Of a DNA stretch of 64,000 nucleotides, positions 26,061 to 39,449 are shown piece after piece. The notes beneath the pieces were generated by a model. That model had not been told where the DNA came from. It was given only the letters and a program-made list of their open reading frames with translations, and ran no database searches. Made by a program: the position numbers and the translations under genes. Each line of letters begins with the position of its first letter. The stretch's first letter is position 1. Source of the stretch: Eledone cirrhosa (taxonomy: Eukaryota); NCBI GenBank assembly GCA_964016885.1, contig OZ024743.1, positions 107,694,001-107,758,000 of the forward strand, read 5' to 3'.

Positions 26061-27126
26061 GTTTACATGTGCGATCACTTTGGAAAATTAAATGTCTAAT
26101 TTTGAGCTCGCTCCTGATAATTCCGAAGCTCTGGACATTCCCTGTTAACGGATGTCTTAAAATACGGATGAAACCAAGGTAATTAGGTATGTACGCAATT
26201 CTTCTAAGTTCAATTTTACACCTAATTGTGTTTAGTTGACTGTATGTCTGGTCGATTTTTACATGCTGTCGAAATGTTAGATAAATATCTATCGTAGCCA
26301 CCGCGAAGCGGCTGCTTTCGGTTATTTGTCGGAGATTTCTTCATAAGAGCCTTTATTCTTATAGCTTGGTCTAATTGATCTTTTATATGGTTAATTGGGA
26401 GAGGAAATCGTATATACTATATATAGCGATTCTAAAGACATATTTTATGATATATATATATATGTATATATTGTTATGTTCATACATGTCTACATACTAT
26501 TGAATGGCTGTTGGCCCCCATGTGTTCCTCCACCATTTGTCGGGTTTATTTGCAGACAACAGGGTGTGCAATATGATCCTCCTGACCAAGCAAACTTCGT
26601 AATGTTGCCGGTTTAGACGCTGACGATATTTTGTACTGTGTTACTTTTTGCCAGTAGTATTTGAGAAGGACCTGACATATATATACATATATAAATACAT
26701 GCATATCATACACACTCACACACACGTACACTGACACACACATACATATGATGCAACTTGATATCGAGTAATGATATCGGTGACTGCAACTTGATATCGA
26801 GTAATGACACCGATTTATACATAACTATAAGCATTATGGTTGTGGCTTTTTAGTCCCTCTAGGGACTAGCCTATGGCCAGCAATACCATGCCTCGCAGAA
26901 AATGTCACATACCGAGCGATGCCTGTGCTTGAGGCTTCTTTAAAGTGAGGAAAGCCTTTGCACGGGGCCAATCCCACTCTCTGAACACCGAAAGCATTTG
27001 CCTCAAAAGAAGAACTGCTCTACATCATTGGGTGCAAACGAAGTCACAGGTTTTATGATGTCTTAATGAAGACTAGGAGTCTCTCGCTCCACAAAAATAC
27101 ATACATATATACATATGTATGTATTT

Positions 27127-27190
<64 letters not shown>

Positions 27191-27792
27191 TGTTGGTCTG
27201 TGTGTGTGTGTGGCAAAGAAACAACTAAGCTTGTTGTGAGAAAAAGTCAAGCAATGATAATATTTATTTAATTATTTATTTATTTGTTTGTCTATCTATC
27301 TGTGAGTGTATGTGTATGTTTGTGTGTGTGATGTTGTGTGTGTGTGTATGTGTGAGTGTGTGTGTGTGTGTGTATGTGAGCGTGCGTGCCGCTGTGTGTC
27401 CAAGTAACTAATTAATTTTCCTGTTATGAAATTCTTATTAATATTTGCAAATATTACTTTCCCCGTTTGTTTACATTTTATTTCGTTGTTATGTTTTCTC
27501 ATATTTTTATATCTCTTTGTTGATTCTAAGCATGTTTCCTTTATTGTGTTTGCCGCCATGATTTAGTTCGTTCTGTTATTGATCTCTGATATTTGTCTAT
27601 TTCTTCCTTTATATTTCGCCTGGCATCTTTTTTGTTTTTCTAAACATTTTTCGCCATTATTTTTTACCGTTTATCCTAAGCTGATACGTCGGTGACAATA
27701 ACTACCGTATGAGCATTACTGAAAAAGCAAAGACAGCAAATCAAAAGGAAGACACAAATATATATATATATATATATATTTATATGTATATG

Positions 27793-27915
<123 letters not shown>

Positions 27916-27922
27916 GTATATG

Positions 27923-27998
<76 letters not shown>

Positions 27999-28028
27999 TT
28001 TATAGATAGATAGATAGATAGATAGATG

Positions 28029-28087
<59 letters not shown>

Positions 28088-28357
28088 ACATGTTACGAAA
28101 CGTTGACGAGCTCTCGTAAATTAATAGTGCCTGGCGCGACTTTCTGTCTTACAGTTTAACTGTGTCCAAATTGTCCGTCTCTATATACCGAAACCTGTAT
28201 GGATTTACATGCATTACTGCGTGGAATATAAAGCGAAAAACACTACTTGCTTATATATGAGATCATAAATACACACAAACGCATAAACATAGTTACACAT
28301 GCATACCTAGTAGCTGTCGTATATACATAAATACACAGACACAAATAAATATATATT

Positions 28358-28436
28358 ATGTATGTATGTAATTACGTATGTATGTATGTATGTATGTATG
28401 TATGTATGTATGTATGTATGTATGTATGTATGTATG

Positions 28437-28467
<31 letters not shown>

Positions 28468-28480
28468 TTACGTACGTATG
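28358..28480. repeat. (TATG)n microsatellite
   Basis: Direct reading. Confidence 0.95.
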
Positions 28481-28918
28481 AATGTATGCATATATGTATG
28501 TGTATATGTAGGTATCTATGTGAGTTTTAGGCATGCATAGTGCATGTATGTGTATATATATAGTCATATGTGTGTATATGTAAGTATTGCTAACTCTATA
28601 GCTGCTGTGCACATAACGGTATAGCATATAATTGTTATGATTCAGATATTTGTTTCGTGAATGATCATTAATAAGATTAGTGCATCACTGGAATAATAAA
28701 AACCTTTTTTTCTGTTATTTTATAATATATTTCATCTCAGTGGGTCTGTCTTCTACACGCAGAAATACACAGACGCCCATGCACTCACACACGCCTATAT
28801 ATATATATACGTATGCATACAAGCATACACACGCACGCATACACACATACACACACGTATATTTATATACATGTATATACATATATATATACATATATAT
28901 GTATATACATAAATAAAC

Positions 28919-28956
<38 letters not shown>

Positions 28957-29006
28957 TTGGGCGTGTGTATTCTTGTATATATGTTTTTGTTTTTATATAT
29001 ATGTGC

Positions 29007-29060
<54 letters not shown>

Positions 29061-29360
29061 ACAAACATTTAGCAATTTTCTTTTTCTTTTTATTACTTAT
29101 TTTCTCTATGTCTAGGTTAATTTCCATATTCCTTTCTAAATAAATGCCTGACAATATCAAGTTTTGATTGACAATCACATGAGCAGACTTTAATAATTGT
29201 TTTCCTTCGTTTCAGCTTTTTTACACATATTCTCCATTTGTCTGATTATTTTTATACTCTTCATTTATATTTTTTTCATTTCTTGAAAGTAATGTTCCTT
29301 GCTTTTTTTTTCCTTCTATTCTTTATACACACACAAAGACACATACACGCCAACACATAC

Positions 29361-29413
<53 letters not shown>

Positions 29414-29416
29414 ATA

Positions 29417-29465
<49 letters not shown>

Positions 29466-29588
29466 TTACATATAATATATATATATATATATTTACATAT
29501 AATATATATATATATGTATATATATGTATATATATATATACATATATATATGTATATATATATATATGTATATATATATATGTATATA

Positions 29589-29648
<60 letters not shown>

Positions 29649-30384
29649 TGCGTATATATATATTTATATATATGTATGCATGTATATTTATATATATATG
29701 CATATGTACATGGGTATGTGTATATGTACATTAATACAAACATATACAGTATGTGTGTAGAGAAAGAATGTGTGGTGGAGAATGAGAGATAAATAGATGA
29801 GGTTGATGATGGGGCCAAAGAAAAATTATGAATATCAAAATCATCCTAACATCGAATGGGCACTTATTAGCTGAGAGGCAGACAGAAAAAAAAAATTCTG
29901 AAATCTGACATGTTTGGTTCAATATGACAGAACAAATTACACGTGCACACACATACACACTCAGACATAAGCTACACAAATAAAGTTTTAAACACATATT
30001 CTTGCTAAGACGCACGTATATGCATATTCTCACAAGCATTCAAGCCTTGAAACCCGCATTGTAGAAAGACCATTGCATAAAACTTAAACTCTTTTATGAA
30101 GAGTAAATTGCACTAAGAGAATTGAACATAAAATATAATTATTTTTTTATGTATGAATGAACATTTTTCGTTTCTAGTCTGTATATCTACTTTCGTTTTA
30201 CAAAGCTACAAACATTGTGAATATTTTCTTTTAATATGTGCAAAATGATGATTGTTTAATAGTTATTAAAATAAATTTAGATTTATCTTGTTGACACAAG
30301 TGTTACCACAATTTTTGAAATGGCTAGTTATGAGTAATTAATATAACAAACTCGTCACGCACATATATTCTCGCTTATATATAC

Positions 30385-30417
<33 letters not shown>

Positions 30418-31609
30418 CGCATACTTACAAATACAAGCGTGCTAGTGCGTATATGTAAATATATAAACGAGAATTATATGCACTGAATCGAAAATTACCC
30501 CTGCTGACATTGTAGAGGAAGTATGTATTGCAATTTATGAGAAATCGTAAGTTTGAAGTTCATTCAAGCTACGTTTGCAGGAATCATCACTGCCTGCAAT
30601 ATTAAGCAAACATAAATATCTATGCTGGTGTAATGTTCAAATGTATAGAACAATCTACTCCTACACACACATTAACCTTAGAGACTGCCTTAATAAAAAA
30701 CATTTGCCCGATTGAAAAATTCAGTCCCCAACCCACTTTAAACCCAAGGCTGACGAGCTAATGAGAACATCTATGCGCGTCGCTTGAGATGCAAGAAAAA
30801 ACTACCAAACCTCTCTTAAATCAAGGCATATCATATTAAAACATTTAACCTACAAAAAGGCAATGGAGTCCCTGATATACATAGAATAATGAAGACTGGT
30901 TTATTTGATGTTGGAAAACAGCAATCATTTGCTCTCAGGATTATGGTTTCCGTTTTTGACACTATCGTTATTACAACCATTGTTGTGAAATAATCTGCCC
31001 ATTTCCCACTTCGCCATCCTTCTTGCAATTTTCATTTGTACATCCTCATTCCACACCCTCAATGCATCATATTTGCCATTTACTAGCTTACGTTTGATCC
31101 AGTGCTATACCTTACAATCCCTTTTCAGACTCAGAGGGAATGCAAAGTCCCGAAATGATGCTCTTTCAATGGTTACAGAACTTTTCCATTTTTTGTTGTT
31201 TTTAACTCTCGTATAGAAACACAACTACTTTCTCTGCCGTTTCTAGAAACATCTTGTCTTTATATATATACTATTACTTTATATACAGAAAACGAGGGAA
31301 CGATTGTACTAGTTTAAATTATGCGCTTTAATTTACCCTGTTTAACTATCGACAGAAACTTTCCTTATAAAACCATTAGTATTACCAAAGACAATCATTT
31401 TGAAAGCTAAACGCCTGTATCTGGCACATATTATATGCCACGTGTTATGTATCCATGTGAATATAATTCAAAACTTCCGCCATAAATCAGTTAAAAACCA
31501 TTGCACATCTATGCACCAAAGACAAACATAATAATAAGGAAATTAGTTATCCTTCAATACTATTTTCAAATATATTGTTAGTATTGTTATTTCGTGTATG
31601 TGGTATGTA

Positions 31610-33600
31610 TTTCTTAGTACTCGGGTGAAGAGTTCATTATGTAATGTTTGTGCTGCTGTATTTTTATCATTCCCAGAGAAACTATTATTGTAGTCCTTAT
31701 TTCTCTCTTCATCAAACACATTTGAATTATTTTTACGTTCAGTTCTTTATATTTGAATAATTTCTCAATGTATATTTCATGATAAGCTTCTAGTTTCATA
31801 TGGTCTTTTCCCCCATGTGTTCGTGGTAGGTGTAAACTTTTTACATCTTAGTTTTGGTGGTGTTTATATAGGCAGTTACTATTTTTCTTCTTGTTCTGTC
31901 TAGCCCTGCTGGTCCTTTGTGTTCAGTTCAGACTTTAGTACTGGGATCATTAGTGCATTGATGCTCATTCCCTTATTCTTTGCCTTTATTACTGTCTTAA
32001 TTGATAATCTTATTCCTATATAGTATTCCTTTCCAATATGTCGTTTCATTTGTGTGTTGAACCCGTCTAGTTCATTGATTCCTTATTGTGTTCATTGATT
32101 CCTATTATCGTGTTTGATTCAATTCTCTTATGTCAATTTCTTTATTGGGTGTGACTTTAGTATGTTTCTCTAGATTTCCTTACTTTAGGTTTGTCCTGGC
32201 ACATTTTCCTATCAAAATTTCATGTCTATTTCTTTTGTGGATCAATGTAGTATCTGCAGTAATATTTTGAGTTGTCTCTCATCTGCAGCGTACAACTTTA
32301 TATCGTCAATATACTGTACATGTGATAGATTATTTGTCGTAGAATTTAAAACCACATCTAGTCCTTTTTAGTATGCAAGATAATGCTTTCAATGGAATTC
32401 AGAAAACTGTTGTAATGGAGCATCCTTGAAATATTTTTCTGTTAATTTATATAATTCATGTTTCCTTTGTGTGGACAGAACTCTTTGTCATTTACTCATG
32501 GCATGCATGTTGAACGTTTTTACTGTTGATGCTACTTTATCCATGGTTAGTGTGTTCTGTATATATAATATGATGAACAATGTCAAACGTCTTCTGGTAA
32601 TTAATCTATGCCATGCTGATATTTTTTTCTGTTGTAATTACAGCCATATGATCCACTGTAGAAACCTATTTTATTCCAAATTTCATGATTATTTTCTGCG
32701 ATATTATTGCTGTTTGTCTTGTATATTATAGGAAGTTCTATTAAGCAGATATAGTTTTGGGTATTTGCTGTATCATTATTCTTCAATATCAGGGTGGTTT
32801 TACCATAGAGTGTTATTTTTGACTTCGTCAACATCTCATTAATTTTTTGGATAATCACACCGTGTTTTTTCAGTGTGTTTGACATTTGTTCCGCTATGAT
32901 GTCAAACCATATTTATTCAGAAGATGCATTCGTTGTTCTACTATACCTACGCGTGGTGATTCACCTGATGCCCACTATCATTCCATGAAATCTTCCACTC
33001 CTTTTACTTTGGGGTCTACATTTACACATAATTTGCTACTACCTCGTTCCTGGTAGAATCGATGTATGTGGAAGTGAAATTGCTTGTCTTGTTCTAAAAC
33101 CTGTTGGTGTCTTTCATATCTCCGGATTCTGTGCCTTTGTAAGTAATGTTGTTTTAGGTATTCTTTATTTTTCATGATTTCCCTTTCTGCTATATTATAT
33201 TTCTTTAATAAGTTTATTTTCTTCCCTTTTCATGGTTGTTTTGTGCAATTCCTTTCCTATTTCATTTAAGATTGAGAGGTATGTTCTTTTAGTTTCTATG
33301 TCTTTGTTTGTATCTTTGATTTCCAAGTTTGTTTACATTTTTGTATTCATGTTTGTTTACATCTAGCGGGTAGCTACTTCCTTTTGTAACAACAATGGCT
33401 GCATATTTATGTTATTTAGCTCTGTGACACTAATGTTTCTGTTTCTGTTAATTAAATTTATGATGGGCTGTTTAGAGTTTGTTTATAACTGTTTCTATTT
33501 CTCTTTGGTTGGTGTCCTTGAGAAGTGTATCGCTTCGCATATAGAGAGATATTCTATTGTTTAGAGTTCTTGTGTTGTTCCCATTTTACTCTATTATGCT
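31610..33600 (-). mobile_element. Old, heavily decayed R4/Dong-like LINE
   Basis: Minus-strand remnants GKTTLILKNNDTANTQNY (32601..32885 ORF), RIRRYE (32978..33175) and LSHVQYIDDIKLYAAD (~32280-32330). Confidence 0.7.
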
Positions 33601-33714
33601 GATGATTCGCGTCTTCAGGGATTCTTTTGCTGACATCTTCCTACTCATATTTCCTTTCCTTTCTATTTTTCTTGGTCAATATTTTGTACGTTTTTAGTGC
33701 TGGGGTTTGCTGAG

Positions 33715-35010
33715 TTTAATTTATTTAACTTTAAGCCATCAATGAAGAGAAGATGGTTGATGGTAAGCTCTCCTGTTCTAACTTTATATCCTGACATGAT
33801 TCTTCACAATACGAGGGTCAAAATTATGGTGGTCAGGACAAACAATAAGGGGGACAGACTATCCCCTTGGAATATATCTCTCTTGACTTTCACTACTGCA
33901 AAGGATTCTCCTCTCAATATTAGCTCTATCTCCGTGATCTTTATATTATTGTTTAATAGCAGTCTGATGTTGTCCACCACCTTGAAGATTTCCAGACACC
34001 TAGTTATCTCAGAAGAAGGAATCATGTCGAATGCCTTTTTGTAATATATCCATCTCATGGCAAGACCAGTATAGCTCCTCTTGTAGTTCCTTATAATTAT
34101 ATTGTAAATACGTGACTTCTTTTGGTATCCTTTCTGTTCCTCTGGCAATAAGTTGTTTATGTCGAGGTGGTGGTAGATTTCCTTAGACATAATGCTTGTT
34201 AGCATTTTCTACACCATGGACAGACATGTGATAGACCTATAGTTGGTAACACAATTTCCCTTGGCTTCGTCTTTCATTATTAGAACCGTAGTACCTTTTG
34301 TTAACATGGCCGTCAGTATCCGGTGGAGGGACGTTTTATTGTTAGGCCAATAACCTTGCATACCATCCGGGCCTGGTGATTTCCAGTTGGGTAATTTATT
34401 GGCCTGGTTTTTAAGGGTTTCAACCGAGATATTCAAATCAAGTTGTTGGTTTCCTTGTTTATTAAGCTCCTTTTTAACAGGCTCAGTCCATTCTGCCCGA
34501 CTATTATGTTCAACATCCTTCTCCCATATCCCTCTCCAAAATGTGTCGGTCTGGTTAGCTTCTTTCTTCAAGCTGTCCAAATAACATCTTCTGCTTGTTC
34601 TCTATAGTGGTTAACACTGATCTCATATCTTTTGAATTTTGCACTTTTGGCTACGACACGTTGCTTTAATTCCTCTGTTATGACAGTTAGCCCTTCTCCC
34701 TTTGTGTTGTATTTCCTTGTCAATATAACCTTAGCATCTATGTATTGTAATGTGCCGTTTAATAATGTCCTTTCGTATTTCCTTGATTTGACAATTCAAC
34801 CGCTTCTTCCGCCAATGCTCTGTCCTTTCTCGTCTTTTTACCCTCAGTTTGATATCAAGCGATTTTTTCACACATTTGCGGCTGCTTTGTGGATGGTGTT
34901 GCATTATTGCAGATTCTTCGCCTCAATGTATGGGACATCCATGTTTACCTTAAATGTCGTTTCTTTTAACCTTTTAATGTTTACAAATATTAGATTCATT
35001 GGTTTTCCAC
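33715..35010 (-). mobile_element. Decayed R4/Dong-clade LINE (relative of the 47.8-kb element), 3'-truncated
   Basis: FWRGIWEKDVEHN, NWKSPGPDG, KGTTVLIMKD, NYRSITCL, KKAFD, IFQGDSLSPLLFVL, TINHLLFIDGLKL. Confidence 0.88.
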
Positions 35011-35214
35011 TATTATAGGGAGAGCGGGCAAGACGGAGGTATGACAGTGGGAGTTCGGTTCCTTTGTGTTCGGACTAGGTGTATGTTTCACAGACACACA
35101 CCTTCTTCACTTATAAACTTACGTTTTGCTCTCTCAAAAATCTTTGAATTTTTAAGAAAGGTTATTTTAGATTTTCTCATGGGATTTGGATGGGATGCAC
35201 TTTTATTATTATAA

Positions 35215-35670
35215 TGGCAGGATCGATAGAACATTAGACACCATGCTTCGCGGCATACAAGTATGTGCCATTACAATCTGAGTTCAAATCCCGCCGTGGT
35301 TAGCTTTGCTTTTCACTTTTACGGGGTTGATTAAATACTATACCAGTCAGACACTGGTTTCGATTTAAGTAACTTTCCCCTCCCACCAAATTGCAGGCCT
35401 TGTGCTTATAGTAGAGATCATTATGCCATTCTGAGTTCAAATCCCGCCGAGGTTAACTTTGACATTCATCCTTACGGGGTCGATAAAATAAAGTACCATT
35501 AATGTACTTGGTAATTGCTGGCCTTGTGCCAATAGTAGAACAATTATTATAATTATTTGATGTTATCTTTGCCTTTCATCCTTGGGGTGGGGGTAATAGA
35601 ATGAAGTAACAGTAATGAAATGGGGTCAAATTAATCGAAGTACTCCTACTCTAAAATGGTTGGTCTTGTG
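35215..35670 (+). mobile_element. Cluster of 2-3 tandem SINE copies
   Basis: GAGTTCAAATCCCGCCG at 35280 and ~35433, with repeated Meta-like domain and tails. Confidence 0.8.
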
Positions 35671-35685
35671 GTTAAAGGAGAAACG

Positions 35686-35751
<66 letters not shown>

Positions 35752-35998
35752 TTTTCTTTATTAACCACAAGGGTTTACATAAAGTAGACATTAAGGACAG
35801 TGCAGGACAATGCAGGACGGTACAAATGGGCATTTCTGCGTGTAAAAACAAAAACAGAGGATGTAACAAAAAATAACAATGAAAAATTCCCCAATAGGGG
35901 GAGACTTCGGAGGGACATTTGTGGAGAAAGCCCAGTAAAAAGCCACAATGACCCTGACCACCAAGGCAAGTGCCCTCTCCCAGTTTTCCACCTTTAAT

Positions 35999-38900
35999 TT
36001 ACAGATATATACTCAGAGTAGGCCCATTCACTCGGGCCATTCTTGCTTCTCTCACCCATCTTTCAACAAAATGCTGGGAAGAGAGCACTTCCCTCTCTAC
36101 TCTGATTTTCCTTTTCAAATGAAATTTTAAAAAGTCAATCAGAGCATCACCGAAGAGGTAAGTGCTCGTCTTCAGCCCTTTCAAACGTGTCCACCATACT
36201 ATCTCTTTCACCATGGCCACCAGGCAGATAAAAACTGCCTGCCCTTCCCGGCTAAAGGAGGAGGGCGGGGCAATCCTCACGATAGACTCAGATGATAGCC
36301 GGATCCGTCCTAAACGCGACAGCAGGTGTTCGACATAAACCCACAAGTCAGCAATTTTCGGACACTGGACGAGTGCGTGCAGGACGGTTTCGTCGCCCTG
36401 CGCGCATCTCGGAAATGCCCGGCTGACGGCACCTCCATGCCTGTAGAGTTTATCCCGAACTGGCAAGGCTCCTCGGTAGCACTGCCAGGCCAGAGATTTC
36501 TGGAAGTTGTCCATAGGCCCTTGCCCGAAAGTTCTTCCGAAGAGATTGGCTAGTTGATTTTCGTCGACGCCTAGAGTTTCCCCAAATACGTCGTCGCTCT
36601 TCCCCTCAACTAATCCTCTATAGAACGCCGAGGTGGAGTTTCCACCGATCACATTGCCCGATTGGTCGAGGGCTGTGAGCGCCTGAATACATTCCAGTCT
36701 CCAGGCGCTCCCTCTCGGTCTTCGCTTGACCCAAGACTGCAGCTCCGTCAAGGAAACGAGCTGGGGAAAAACGCGTCTAGCAAACGGCGACCACACCTGA
36801 TCACCGTCGAGGAAGAGGTGGAGATGTCGTAGCCTGAGCGCATGCCTGCGCATCATCAGCCACGGCATGCCCGGCCCTCCACGTAGCGGGTGTTGACACA
36901 GATGGACCGCCTGACCATCGGAGCGCATCCCTTCCACAAAAAGCGAAAGAGCAAACGCTCCAGCGCAGTCAGGCGAGGCTTAGGACAAGGTACGACGGTT
37001 AGGCGGTAGCAGATGACAGACGCGATGTACGCGTTAGCCACCTCCGCTCGACCTTTCAGGGATAGCTTCCTCTCCGCCCATTTCTGGGTGAGAGAAGCCA
37101 CCCTGCTCGTCACCTCGTCCCAGTTTTTGTCCGTCTGGGGGTCCGGACCGAACCAGACCCCTAGCAATTTAACCGGTCCGTCCGTCCAGCGCCCGACGAC
37201 GCTGTTGGACGGCATGGACCTGCCTCTCCAGGTGCCGAGCTGCAGACCCACTGACTTTTCCTGGTTGATCATTGCTCCTGTCACCGCTTCGTATTCTCTT
37301 AGAGTTGTGCCGATCGCCTCGATGGGTTTGGCGTTCGACACCACTACGGTGACATCGTCCGCATATGCTGACACGGATCTTCCGCATCCTAGTTCGCGCG
37401 GGACTCCCCTCAACGTCTCCAGTTTGTGCAGTAATGGCTCGAGAGTCAATACGTACAAGAGGGACGAGAGGGGACATCCTTGGCGGACCGAGCGCATGAT
37501 GTTGAACGGTTCCGACAGGTGACCGTTCACTCTCACCACAGAGTAGATGTCGCTGTGCATGGCAGCGATCCAGCCTCTGAAGACGGGCCCAAAGCCAGCC
37601 GCCCTCAGGACTGCCGCTAGGTAACGATGGTCGACCCTATCGAAGGCTTTCGACTGATCTAAATTGATCAAAGACCCACCCGTGCCAGGTTCCCTAGCTA
37701 CCCTCTCTACGATGTATCGCATGAGGTGGAGGTTGTCGTGGATGGATCTGTCGGGAAGGGCGCATGTCTCTGCCTCTCCCACCAGACCATCAACGACAAG
37801 CGCCAACCTCTTTGCTAGCACCTTGGCCAAAATCTTGAACTCTGTGTTTAGCAGAGTTATGGGCCTAAAATTATCTATGTTATCCCCCTTGTTAGGATCT
37901 TTCTCAGCAGCGCCACCGCTCCTCGGCTCACAGAGCTGGGAATTCTCCCGTTCTGTTGCCAGTTGCAGTAGACGTCCGCCAAGAGGCCTCCGAACAAGTT
38001 TGGCATTTGTACGTAAAGTTCATAGGGCAGACCATCCAAACCAGGCGATTTACCCCTTGTGCAACTAGTCATTGCTTCCCGTACTTCAGCTTGTGTTATC
38101 GGCTTTTCGCAACACTCCGCCTCAGTGGCAAAAGCTGCGTCAGTCCGTCGAGGTAGACACTAAAGTCCATCCCTCAATCCGGCCCGCCACTGCCCACGAA
38201 CAGTTGAGCGAAGTGTCGCTGAAAAGCTTCACACATTTGCCCGGGATGGAGTAGCATGCGCCCGTCGTGGTCCACCAAATACCGGATCGTGGCTTTGTTG
38301 CCACGACGCGCCTCCGCTACTCGGGCCCATTGAACGGCTTTCGTCCCCTCGTGTCTGAGAGCACGCACCCTAGCTCTGACAACGCAGCCTTCGTGCTTTG
38401 CATTGAAGAATTGGTCAAGGGCCAATTTCGCCGCAAGTACGTCGGTCGCGATGCCTTTGCTAAGCGCCTCATCTAAATTTCTAACTAATTCTCCCTCTGC
38501 TCTATTTTTCTCTATTGCTAAAGTCTTGCTAAACTTAATGGACTCTATTCTAATTGCTCTTTTCAGAGCAAACCACCACTTGTTGTTGACGATGGCCCCC
38601 GTCAACGCCCGCTTAACTAGTTCGCTAATCCGGTCTCTGTAGGCCTTGCGCGCTGGTAAGGACGCGTTTAGCTTCCAGTAGCCGGGTCCTCGTCTATGAA
38701 GCCTGTCTAAGTCAAGCAAACAGATCACGAATTTGTGGTCCGTGTAGCTGACTATCTTGAATTGTGGACAGCCTATGCTAGACCTATCTATTTCCCTACA
38801 AAATACTCTATCTAGATATGATCTGGATGACCCTATGCGATTTGTCCAAGTCCACATTGGTACATTCGGGAAATCCATTCGGTACCTGTCAGACAGTTCA

Positions 38901-39415
38901 AAACGTCTGAGCAGGTTGGTGAGACTCTTGCACCCTCCTTCCCTATCCACTAATCCCACACAATCCCAGCGTGCATCTAAGATCCCGTTCCAGTCGCCCA
39001 CTAACACTAAAGAGCGGGACGTTCCAAGAAAGGTCTCCAGACGCCGGAAGAAATCAGGCCGCCCTGCTCCTGTCGGGGCATAGACGGCCACTAACCTGAA
39101 AGCTTGGCCGTCTCCGCTGGTCACGTCCAGCACCACCAATTTACCTTCTGGGTCCAGGAAGATGGCCCGTATAGCAAGATCCAAACCTCTCCGAAAAAGC
39201 ACAGCAACTCCTCCCCCCGATCCCGGACGGCTGGGAGATGCGTACACATCGTAGCCGCCGAAGATCGGTGCGAAAGCCTGTGCTTCGGAGATTCTGGTCT
39301 CGCTGAAGGCCACTACATCTATGTTTAGTGACCTGAGGTCGTTGAGCAGGTGGCCCTGCTTCCATGACGACCCCAAGTCACGCGCATTTATGCTGCCTAT
39401 TCTGAGTGAGGTCAT
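35999..39415 (-). pseudogene. Tx1-like ORF2 (APE endonuclease, RT, zinc knuckle), split by frameshifts
   Basis: GSINARDL, FSETR, AVYAP, VGDWN, SYLDR, YTDH, WKLN; KSPGLDGLPYE; LDQSKAFDRVDH, RQGCPLS, AYADD; ETVLHALVQCP. Confidence 0.92.
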
Positions 39416-39449
39416 GTTGAAAAGGAGTGGAAAAGATGGGAAAGACCAC

